Below are positions 40,846-51,986 of a DNA stretch of 64,000 nucleotides, in pieces. The position numbers were made by a program, and so were the translations under genes. Under the pieces are notes generated by a model. That model saw only the letters and a program-made list of their open reading frames with translations. It did no database searches and had not been told where the DNA came from. The stretch comes from Octopus sinensis (Eukaryota). Every line of letters begins with the position of its first letter. Within the stretch, counting starts at the first letter, position 1. The stretch lies in assembly GCF_006345805.1 (NCBI RefSeq), contig NC_043001.1, positions 35,278,001 through 35,342,000 on the forward strand, in the 5' to 3' direction.

Positions 40846-41119
40846 TCCACTGTCTGTAGGTGTCTAGCTAGTTATGTCATTTGATCCCCCCCTCTGTACC
40901 TCTGGCAGTTATTTTCTAATAGGAAGGTTTATAGTAATGGCGTACCCCATACAGTGGAACCAGATGGTTTCGATATGGCTTCCAATCTCTTGTTTCATTG
41001 TTCTTTTTCGCTATTTGTTTTAATCTTACGTCATGGTTTTTTTGTTGTTGTTGCCGTTGTTGATTTTGCTCATAATAGTGATGGTAGCTGTTGTGATATG
41101 GGGCAATTGTGACGCGAGT

Positions 41120-41126
41120 AGTAGTG

Positions 41127-41159
<33 letters not shown>

Positions 41160-41720
41160 ATGGTGGTGGTTGTGGTTATAGTAGTGGTGATATCGATGGT
41201 GGATGTGAAGGCGATGATGATGGCTGTAGTCATAGTAATTTGTAGCAGTAGGAATAGTAGTAGTAGTAGTAGTAGTAGTAGTTGGAGGAGGAGGAGGTGA
41301 AAGAGGAAGAGAAGGAAAAAGAGGAGGAACAAGGGGTGTATTGGTAGCAGTAATAGCTGCAGCTGTAGTAGTGGTAACAATAGGGGTAGCAGAAGCTGTG
41401 GTAGTAGTTGTAGTACTAGTAGTGGCGGTAGTGGTGCTGGCAGTAGTAGTAGCAGTAGTAGGTGGGGAGGTGATGTGGTGGTGGTGGTGGTGGTATCGTT
41501 GAAGGTGATGGCTTAAGTCATAGTAATTTGTAGTAGTAGTTGTAGTAATAGAAGAGGAGAGGAGAGGGGGGAGTAGTGGTAGTAGTAGTAGCAGCAGCTG
41601 TTGTAGTAGTTGTAGTAGTAGTAGCAGCAGCTGTTGTAGTAGTTGTAGTAGTAGTAGTGGTGGTGGGGGCAGTTGTAGTAGTAGTAGTAGTAGTAGTAGT
41701 AGTAAGTCTTGTAGTAGTAT
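41120..41720. repeat. Degenerate (GTA/GTG)n tract
   Basis: Direct reading. Confidence 0.9.
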
Positions 41721-42022
41721 TCCTGCTTCGTAGTGCTTTCAGTGCTAGTAGTGGTGGGAGAAGTAATATTTAGTATATGGCTTGTGAGGATTATTGTTCC
41801 GGTGGTGGTGTCGTGGGAAGAGCGGGTCTGTGGAAGCGATTTGGAGCAAAGTAGCGTTGTTAGTGTCTGTCTTGCTGTCGGTGGGGGTGGGGGTGGCAGT
41901 GGCGTTTGTAACGGTGGTTAAAGTGTTGGTCTCTCAACTCGTCCGTCTTTTCTTTCTGAGTTCAAATTCGACCGAGGTCGATTTTTGCCTTCCATCCTTT
42001 CGAGGACGATAAAATAAGTATT

Positions 42023-42439
42023 TATTTCTTTATTGCCCATAAGGGGCTAAACATAGAGGAGACAAACGGGGACAGACAAACGGATTAAGTCGATTACATC
42101 GACCCCAACGCGTAACTGGTACTTATTTAATCGACCCGGAAAGGATGAAAGGCAAAGTCAACCTCGGCGGAATTTGAACTCAGAACGTAGCGGCAGACGA
42201 AATACCTATTTTTTACTACCCACAAGGGGCTAAACAGAGAGGGGACAAACAAGGACAGACATAGGTATTAAGTCGATTACATTGACCCCAGTGCGTAACT
42301 GGTACTTAATTTATCGACTCCGAAAGGATGAAAGGCAAAGTCGACCTCGGCGGAATTTGAACTCACAACGTAACGGCAGACGAAATACCGCTAATTATTT
42401 CGCTCGGCGTGCTAACGTTTCTGCCTGCTCTCCGCCCTC
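42023..42439 (-). mobile_element. SINE type A dimer nested in an older plus-strand type A copy
   Basis: TSD CGATAAAATA(A/G)GTATT at 42007-42022 and 42440-42455; the host core is visible at 41955-42022 and resumes at 42456-42480. Confidence 0.88.
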
Positions 42440-43452
42440 CGATAAAATAGGTATTATTTGAGAACTGGGGTCGATGCAGTAGCTTTACCTCCGTCTCCGT
42501 TTCTTTGCTGTGATCGTTCGGGTCTTCTACTCTAAGTCATCAGAGTGTCGGATAGATTGTTTGCGGTAAATGTTCGGGTTCTGTGCTCTGGGTTCAAATT
42601 GCGCCGATGTCAACTTTTCTTTTCGTCTTTTCAGGATCTATAAATTACCAAACAATCCTGTATTGAATTCGATTCTTATCTTTCACACTTTCTGTCTATC
42701 TGTCTCGTTTTCTCGAATAAACTAGCTGGTGTAAGATTTCGAAAGAAATGGGCTTCACTAGGTCAAAAAAAAAACGTACAAAACAAGTCGTATGCCACGA
42801 CAACGCCCGACAACTCACTCAAGGAATTTAGGGTTGTAGGTACTGCAGGGGACACACACATACGCACACGCACATATACAAACTGATAGCTAGATGTGTG
42901 TGTATTACATATGAGTTGTTATGTGGGTATGCGAGGTATGTATCTAACATTTGCATGTCGGCTATGAGAATTCTCTAGTTGTAATGAATGAAGGTTGAAT
43001 TAGTACAATCTCTTAAATTTATTATATGAGGTAACTGATTAAATCCTCGCGGCTACATTATATTATGCATCAGACCGCCTTATCAAAATGCATCATAAAT
43101 ATTACCAGTGAACTTCAAATGTAAGTGCAGCAACTTACAACATCTATGTGTAGTGCTGTTAGCTGATACTTTTTTGTGATTAGAGGGCGGCGACTGTTTA
43201 AGGAGGGGATTTGAAATTTCAAAGAACGAGTGCTGTAGATTTGTAGAATTGCCCTAAGCAAACCACATAATGTTTTATGATAAATAGTTATGCCCGTTTA
43301 AGTTCTGAGTTCAAACTTATCTAAACGATTTAGTCAACATATAGTTGTTTTTAAACTTTCGTCTCTTCTGATAATGTGTAGCCTTGCGGGTATGTCGGAT
43401 ATCAATGCAGATACGACGTAAAACGTCACATGTATAAAGCCTACATTAAAAT

Positions 43453-44036
43453 CTTTTCTACTCTAGGCACAAGGCCCGAAATTTTCGGTGGATGAGGCCA
43501 GTCGATTAGATCGACCCCAGTATGCAGCTGGTACTTTATTTATCGATCTTGAATGGATGAAAGGCAAAGCTGACCTTGGCGGAATTTGAACTCAGAACGT
43601 AAAGACAAACGAAATACCTATTTCTTTACTACCCACAAGGGGCTAAACACAGAGAGGACAAACAAGGACAGACAATCGAATTAAGCCGATTATATCGACC
43701 CCAGTGGGCAACTGGTACTTAATTTAATCGACCCCGAAAGGATGAAAGGCAAAGTCGACCTCGGCGGAATTTGAACTCAGAACGTAGCGGCAGACGAAAT
43801 ACCTATTTCTTTATTACCCACAAGGGGCTAAACACAGAGAGGACAAACAAGGACAGACACACGGTTTAAATCGATTACATCAACCCCAGTGCGTAACTGG
43901 TACTTATTTAATCGACCCCGGAAGGATGAAAGGCAAAGTCGATCTCGGCGAAATTTGAACTCACAACGTAACGGCAGACGAAATACCGCTAAGCATTTCG
44001 CCCGGCGTGCTAACGTTTCTGCCAGCTCGCCGCCTT
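43453..44036 (-). mobile_element. SINE type A trimer bounded by one TSD
   Basis: TSD AAGCCTACATTAAAAT at 43437-43452 and 44037-44052; junctions at 43610 and 43795. Confidence 0.92.
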
Positions 44037-44761
44037 AAGCCTACATTAAAATGAACAGTAAATAGTTATAACTGTAAATAGTATTGATTCTCAAGAATAA
44101 AATAGTGAGTATGTGACTGTGTGCATGTGTGTGTGTGTGTGTGCGCGCGTGAATGTGTGTGAATATTTGCAATTCTGTTGGTTGTTTTAAGCTTCATGTT
44201 GCATAAAAAATGTATTAAAGTCAAATATTTTTTTTCGGAATATTTCCGCAGTAGGCCCTGGATTAATTTGCATTTTATTTGTTATATTCCATTCTCGGTA
44301 TTCAATCGCTTCCTCAACATAAAGATGCTACACTCGTACAATTTTGTCATCAGCATTTGGCCAGACAGGGCGTGATAGAGTATGCGGTTACTTCTTCGTG
44401 ATAGAGTATGCGGTTACTTCTTCGTGACGACTCATTGTAAAACGTTTCAAGCCAATCGTAATGGGTCCGTAATGGCAAAACCTCGTTCTCAAAGGCTGAA
44501 GGACAGCGATAGATTATGACCTCTGATACAAATTAGGAACAGAGAAGGAACATCACTGAACACTGCTAATATTTAGTGGTGGATGGGGGAAGCAAGTTCA
44601 ATTTTACCTTGCAAATAGATAAATAAATAGATAGAAATATACATGCGATTGCGCTTTTGTGTGAGTGTGCGAATATGTTTATTTATAATCGTGAATGTAG
44701 GTATGTCTCTCTATCTAAATATGTGTGTTTGTGCTTCTGTATTTGTGAACCTGCGTACGTT

Positions 44762-45023
44762 TGTCTTCTTCGTCTTGTTCTTGTTGTTCTTCTTCTTCTT
44801 GTTCTTCTTCTTCTTGTTCTTCTTCTTCTTGTTCTTCTTCTTCTTGTTCTTCTTCTTGTTCTTCTTCTTCTTCTTCTTCTTCTTCTTCTTGTTCTTCTTG
44901 TTCTTCTTCTTCTTGTTCTTCTTCTTCTTCTTCTTCTTGTTCTTCTTCTTCTTGTTCTTGTTCTTCTTCTTCTTCTTCTTCTTCTTCTTCTTCTTCTTCT
45001 TCTTCTTCTTCTTCTTCTTCTTC
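44762..45023. repeat. (TTC)n tract with TTG interruptions
   Basis: Direct reading; poly-E/K ORFs are artefacts. Confidence 0.95.
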
Positions 45024-45129
45024 CAATCAGGACTCACGCCATTAGCCGCGAAGAATAATCTCTAATTTGATCCTGCTCTAAGCTACTACTCTAAGCTAAG
45101 AATGCGTATGGCAACTTGAAGATCCACCC

Positions 45130-45468
45130 ACCACACGCGATAGACTGGCGGTTGCACGGGCGCGAAAGCTACGTTGTTATCCTCATTCCGTAAACGGTGG
45201 CTTTTTACGGGTGGAGAGCTGAACCATCCTGGGGTACAGAGGATTCGCAATCTAGACGAGTGCCTGAAAGTTTACCACACCGTAATGGGTTACACCATGG
45301 TTCCTCTGTTTTGTGGCAGAAGTTGGAAGAAAGAGTGAGAGGAAGTCGTGGTGAAAGACTACAGAGGGATTTTGCTCAATAAACACTCAGAATGCCCGGT
45401 CTGGTAATCGAAACCGCGTTCTTACGACCGCGATTCCGCTGCCCTAATCCCTGGGCCATTGCGCCTCC
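45130..45468 (-). mobile_element. Diverged SINE, head type B
   Basis: 45360-45468 aligns to the head of 765-1064. Confidence 0.7.
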
Positions 45469-47009
45469 ACTGCATACGTTTGTATGACGTTATCCAATCA
45501 TAAATGAGTACTGCTGTACAGTCTTGGCTAATGCCTAAATATTCTCAAATTTTGTTAAAGTGTGACTTCAGTGTCATTGTTACATATTCCTAAAGTTTTG
45601 TGTTGCTTTTCCGTTTAATCTTTCTTAGAATGTCACTTCACATTTGATGAGTTTAATATGTCTTCCTTTTTTTATTGAGAAGACATTTCTTCCATAATTC
45701 AAAAGAAACTAAATTTATAATTATTTCTTGAAAACGAATGACATTTAAATACTACAGATTATCTCTTGCAAGTATGTTACTTTGAAATAGTTAATACATT
45801 GTACCCCCTACAATGTTTGTGCAGTTAATAACAGCTCCTCTAATATATCACATGATCTTATATCGTAAAAAATAAAGTTCTGATATTTTAATAACTATAA
45901 ACAACATTGTAATGTAAACAAGACTATCTTTTGAATAACTTACAAATTTACAACCTCAAGAATGCTGTTCCTTTGAAATTATTCAACAATCTGCATTCAT
46001 AATAAACAGTGATTTTTCCCCCCTTTTTTTCATGTTTTCGTCAATATTTTCACAGCTTCATAATGTCTATTAAGGAAATATCTTTGATCTTTGCTATTAT
46101 TTTATAAAGTTAATAACAGTATATCGTTAATTACAAGCACGACTTAAAGAAAACGCAAGTCACAGATAATCGCACATAGGTTACGAAGATTCGTAAAGGT
46201 GTGTAGTAATATCATATCAATAAATGGTTGTGTCCTTGGAAAATAAGGATGATGGATCGATAAATGTTTGAAAGAATACTCATTTTCCTAATTTTTGTGG
46301 TTTATTTCGTATTTAACTTTCTTTTTGTTCTTTCTTTCTTTTCTTACATCTCACACACACTCTAACATACACACAAGCACATTGACACTCATATACGCAC
46401 ACACACACACATGTTCATGATGTATGTGTTTCTTTCCTTCCGCTTCTGTCTAAACCATGCTTAATTCATTTCCTATTTGCTACGTTGTATTCCAAATTCT
46501 TTAATATTTTCCCTTTATTAGAACGAAGGCGCCAAGAAATTAAGAAACTATATTAAACAGCAACTGTCTTTCATTTATGGTTCCGCTGAACTTGATTCTT
46601 ATATCCTCCTCAAAAACCACACTATCTTATTCTTTCTCTTTTAAATTGTCTAATAGACTCATGCAAAAATTCATATACCTTTATAAATCAAATTCTGATC
46701 GACAAAGCCATATAAAATGCAGTAGATAGAAGCAGAACCGTCTGACCAAATTATGGATTGACAGCTATATTATTTTTGGCAGTGTTTCTACACATGTGAA
46801 TCAAGGAAATGTTAAACGTGTGCAATATAGTACCGATAATACAGAGATGTGTTAAACACATCTTGAATGAAAAGCTCAAAAGAAGACGCAGTCATAAGAT
46901 ACATTATAAGCGCATGACTGATGACACATAACTCTAACACCTGAAACTGGTTGATAAAGTAGACTTCTGATGGTCAAATCCTTGTAGAAAATAAGTTGCT
47001 AATTCTATA

Positions 47010-47230
<221 letters not shown>

Positions 47231-48801
47231 ATTTATCTTTCTGTCTATCTGTATATGTACATACGCATCCACACATTCACACACAGAATACAGAAGCTAA
47301 CGCCATTTTATATATTTTTGATGATTTTCAGAAAGCAAAGATAAAAATGAATCCAGGAAATTTATTGCTCCAAACAAACAGAAAGGCTATTATAAGGGAA
47401 TACAAACAAATTAAAAGCCCCACCAAAAAAACGGTATGTGAAAACATTAATCTGGAACATAATTGTAGTTTGCATAAAAACATTGTACCCCCTACACAAA
47501 CACATACACATATACACGTACACACACGTTGCATGCATATACATATGTGAATGGAAACACACATTTATATTTATGCATATATGTGTGTGAGCGTGCTTGC
47601 ATGTGCATACATGTTTCTGTATGATTAAAAGATATTTCTCTTTCCTCATTTCCGTTATATATATATATATATATATAATAAATTAAAAGGTATAATGAAT
47701 AAAAGTTCCAATCGGTCAAAACAAATTTATATCATTCCCAAATTATAATTAATCGTAAATATTATCGTAAATGCAAATTATCGTAAATACATATTAAAAC
47801 AACACAGCACCCAATAGTAAAACAATTTTCGCCTCGGTGTCACCTGAGCAAATCCAGCAGCATTTTTATTCGGTTTAACGAAATTACTTTTCGGTTTAAC
47901 GAATTTATAAAATTATCTTCCTATACTATGTGTGTGTGTGTGTGTGAGTAGCAATGTGGCACGTTTTAATTCTGCTGACTTAGCAGAGTTAATTTTCATT
48001 ATATATTTCCTTTCTTATTGAATAACTCCAACTTCAATATCTTGGATCTATTAATCTGTGAGGATTACTTCTAATTAAGAATTTTTCGTGGAATATTTTC
48101 CGAATACGAAATACAGTATGCAATAGTTTTTACACCCACTTCACAAATTTAAAACGTTCACTTGTTTCGCCTCCTTTATTTTTCCTTCGTCTCATCGCCT
48201 TTTCACGCAATAATTTTCATGCAGAAATCCAACAGAATATGGTAATGATTCAAGAAGGTTTCGTTACATTTATGTGTAATACAAAATCCATTCATACTAA
48301 GAAACTCACTAAATTTCATTAAGCTCTTAATAAGTGATCTGTAATTAAGGCAATTGCCATTTTTTCTCTAATCCAAAGAATTTAATTAAATATTAGCGGA
48401 AAATATTAAAAACCTTCAGGAGTATTAACGACAATTTCCCCACTTCCCTCGTTCCTTCTTAGTTCTAAATAATGCCAAAAGATACTTGTTTCTCATAGCT
48501 GTAGCCTCACAACCATTCTTTTTGTATTTAGTCGATTTTGGGGCCGACCAAGGATTTGGTAGACGGAACCTGAAAGAAACCCATTGTATATATAAGAGAT
48601 AATGGTGTCGTTGAGACCTAAAGGTGACAGGTAATGCTGAATAAGTGCTATAGACAGACCATAGTTAAGTTCCAGATTCGGTAATATTGCGAATAAAGGG
48701 ATCAACGTTGGTTCTACGCCAGCGCGTGTATATAAGAATTTTTTGCGTAATAAGATGAAAAACCAAGACTGTATAGATATTAGAGCATTTATAGATAGAA
48801 G

Positions 48802-48853
48802 ATCTTACAACTGTTTCCAGGATATTACTTAATAATATCCCTTCATCGGAGAT
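48802..48853 (-). ncRNA. Minimal type-I hammerhead motif, CCGAUGA core
   Basis: AUCU-CCGAUGA-A GGGAUAUUA UUAAG UAAUAUCCU G-GAAA-CAGUUG-UA-AGAU. Helix I 4 bp, helix II 9 bp, near-palindromic helix III, GUA triplet. Confidence 0.72.
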
Positions 48854-48879
48854 GGTGTGAGAGGAAAAATTAAGTCATA

Positions 48880-48931
48880 GTCACCGATGAAGGGATAATA
48901 TTAATTAATATCCTAGAAACAGCTGTAAGAC
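48880..48931 (+). ncRNA. Minimal type-I hammerhead motif, CCGAUGA core
   Basis: GUCA-CCGAUGA-AGGGAUAAUAUUAAUUAAUAUCCUA-GAAA-CAGCUG-UA-AGAC. Helix III is the perfect palindrome ACAGCUGU; helix I is 3 bp plus an A.A mismatch. Confidence 0.68.
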
Positions 48932-49012
48932 CTTCTATACAGCCTTGGTTTTTTAAATCTTATTACGCAAAAATTTGTTATATATACGTACGTATACGTA
49001 CATACATCTATA

Positions 49013-49083
<71 letters not shown>

Positions 49084-49397
49084 TACGTGGGCACAGGACG
49101 TCATGAAACGTATATAATAGAAAGGTACGAAGCACGAGTACGTGGAACATGAACTATTCTTTCGAACAAAGAAAAACAAGAATGAAAAACAAAAGAAACA
49201 TCATAAAGAACGAGCCTTCATCAGTTGTTGTCTGTTTTTCTAGTCTCGTATTTTGACCATTTAACAACAATATAGGCTTTCGATATAACTGTTGCTCCCG
49301 CAAAGCCAATTAAATGAAATTTGGGATTTTCAAAACAGGTAACACAAACAGGACATTGAAGACAAGCAGGAAGGGCGGGTAACTGCAGTGAATTACG

Positions 49398-49470
<73 letters not shown>

Positions 49471-49587
49471 CAGAAAGTATGTCAATAGCCAGCTGGAGAT
49501 GTTCTCCTGGGGCTACAAGCTACAGTAGCATCCATCCTTAGTAGTTAGCCACATTTATTCTCCACACACGCACACACACACATATAT

Positions 49588-49673
<86 letters not shown>

Positions 49674-50567
49674 TGTGTGTGTGTGGTGTGTGTGTGTGTG
49701 TGTTGTAGTGTTTAATAATGTTAGTGTTTAATCCTTCCAAGAATTAAGATTGAATGAATGTGGTGATATCTACGTTTGTTCCGAAGCAACACATATTTTA
49801 GTGCTGTTGACAGTGCCGTATTGAATGGTACTCTCCGGGTTTCGAAACCATTCTGATATCCGTGGGCAACTGAGGATGGCTGTTATTGTATGTGTGGAAT
49901 GATTTTATAAGACATCCATTTGATATATATATCTATATATAACTAATATTCGTAGCCAATTTAACATGGCTGTTCGTTCGACCGGACTCTACTGCGGTTT
50001 TTTTTTATCCCCAAGGGGACATCTCTGGTCGGTTAACTAGTGACAGCTGCATCCGATAAATTGTGCGCAGGGGTGCGAAACCCTACCACCTTCTAGCGAC
50101 AGGACTGGTAGACCAGTTCTAGTTTCGGGCTATATCTGAAACTCCCCAGTACCAGACACCTCGTCTGTTAGAGATGGTAGCACCTCGCTTCTGCTCGCAA
50201 TGTATATATTTCAGGCATACACACAGTCGCTGATTTTACAGAAGTAAAGTTTCATTTTCGCTTACATATATATATATATATATATTTCGCTGCTTTCTTC
50301 CAAGGAATATAACGCTCTTAGCTTAGTTTTGCCTTGGGGCTGGCCAAATTGGAGCAATCTTGAGTATAACTAGCCAAAATTGCAAAGATAATCTTGAACT
50401 CGAGTGAGAAAAAAACTCCGAATGACCCGTCCTTGTTTTCTTTGTATCTTTTATCTGAATGTTTTGTTGTCCCCTTTTTGTATCTCCTAACTGTCAGGAT
50501 GATTGCGTCTTGTCCAATTTTTATTTTATATATATATACATACATATATATATATATGTATGTATGT

Positions 50568-50638
<71 letters not shown>

Positions 50639-50650
50639 TTATATAGAAGG

Positions 50651-50701
50651 AGCTTCTACAGGACTAGAACTGTTTCATTCAAGAGAAATCTTCAGGAAGC
50701 T
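50651..50701 (-). ncRNA. Type-I hammerhead motif with canonical core
   Basis: Exact reverse complement of 51624-51674. Confidence 0.8.
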
Positions 50702-51235
50702 AGTTAACAAGAATTGTATTGGCATTTATACATTTAGGCAGGTTAAAGGGTGTTGGTGGGGGACTTTTGGGGGTAGGCATAGCGCAAAAAATCATACTCG
50801 GGGGAGTGGTCAAGGAGTCAGTGTTAAATTAGATAGGAGAATAAATAAAAAATAAAAAATAAAAAATGAAAAATAAAAAATAAAAAATAAAAAATAAAAA
50901 ATAAAAAAATATAAAATATAAAAAATAAAAAATAAAAAATAAAAAATAGAAAATAAAAAAATATAAAAAATAATAAAAAATAAGATAAAAATAAAATATA
51001 TATATATATATATATAGATATATATATATATATATATAAAGGGGGAATAGAGTTTTAGGTAAATAAGGAGATTCTCACTTATACCTCTACACATACACAC
51101 ATATATATACAATCACACATACATATACATATCTATATACATATGTATATGTATGTGTGATTGTATATATATGTGTGTATGTGTAGAGGTATAAGTGAGA
51201 ATCTCCTTATTTACCTAAAACTCTATTCCCCCCTT

Positions 51236-51305
<70 letters not shown>

Positions 51306-51623
51306 TTTTTTTTATTTTTATTTTTATCTTTATTTTTTTTATTTTTTTTATTTTTTTTATTTTTTATTTTTTTTTTTTTTATTTTTTATTTTTTATATTT
51401 TATATTTTTTTATTTTTTTTTTTTTTATTTTTATTTTTTTTATTTTTTATTTTTTATTTTTTATTTTTTATTTTTTTTTATTCTCCTATCTAATTTAACA
51501 CTGACTCCTTGACCACTCCCCCAAGTATGATTTTTTGCGCTATGCCTACCCCCAAAAAGTCCCCCACCAACACCCCTTTAAACCTGCCTAAATGTATAAA
51601 TGCCAATACAATTCTTGTTAACT

Positions 51624-51674
51624 AGCTTCCTGAAGATTTCTCTTGAATGAAACAGTTCTAGTCCTGTAGAAGCT
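51624..51674 (+). ncRNA. Type-I hammerhead motif with canonical core
   Basis: AGCUUC-CUGAAGA-U UUC UCUU GAA U-GAAA-CAG UUCUAGUC CUG-UA-GAAGCU. Helix I 6 bp, helix III 4 bp, GUA triplet (predicted cut after 51668). Confidence 0.82.
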
Positions 51675-51836
51675 CCTTCTATATAATAAATTAATTTTAC
51701 TCTGCTATGTATTGAGTACCTTATTACTGTGGTTAACCCCGAATCACACCCGGGACCTACATATATATATATATATATATATGTAAATATAATATGTATA
51801 TCTGTAAATATAATGTGACAATTATTCGGTAGCCAT

Positions 51837-51897
51837 GATGAAACTCCGAGTTTCGGATGCCGAGGTGGAAATCCACGCCGCCATCTCTTCAGTTATC
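51837..51897 (-). ncRNA. Type-I hammerhead motif, intact CUGAAGA core
   Basis: GAUAA-CUGAAGA-GAUGGCGGCGUGGAUUUCCACCUCGGCAUCC-GAAA-CUCGGAG-UU-UCAUC; one helix I mismatch. Confidence 0.72.
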
Positions 51898-51925
51898 CGG
51901 CCATCGGAAAAATACTATATGCCCG

Positions 51926-51986
51926 GATAACTAAAGAGATAGCGGCGTGGATTTCCAACTCGGCATCCGAAACTCGGAGTTTTATC
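51926..51986 (+). ncRNA. Type-I hammerhead motif with G5A core mutation (CUAAAGA)
   Basis: GAUAA-CUAAAGA-...-GAAA-CUCGGAG-UU-UUAUC. Perfect 5-bp helix I, but the core is probably inactive. Confidence 0.62.

Larger units (their letters stand above)
48737..48976. mobile_element. Imperfect 240-bp palindrome, putative inverted Penelope-like pLTR pair
   Basis: Arms AATTTTTTGCGTAATAAGAT..AAAAACCAAG.CTGTATAGA...CCCTTCATCGG versus CCGATGAAGGG...TCTATACAGCCTTGGTTTTT..ATCTTATTACGCAAAAATTT; each arm holds an HHR motif. Confidence 0.75.
50636..51689. mobile_element. ~1.05-kb near-perfect palindrome with an HHR at each outer end
   Basis: Left arm 50636-51132, 8-nt loop 51133-51140, right arm 51141-51689. 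Complex segments differ mainly in homopolymer length. Confidence 0.85.

Noticed and set aside
27845-44036. Regularly repeated GTCGAC/GTCGAT blocks as a CRISPR-like array
   Set aside because: The intervening sequence is conserved SINE sequence, not unique spacers; eukaryotic context with no cas genes.
44371-44427. 26-bp perfect tandem duplication
   Set aside because: Real, but best explained as a simple local slippage duplication.
46912-46966. CUGAUGA...GAAA...GUA as a hammerhead
   Set aside because: A 3-bp helix III is possible, but helices I and II have no complementarity.
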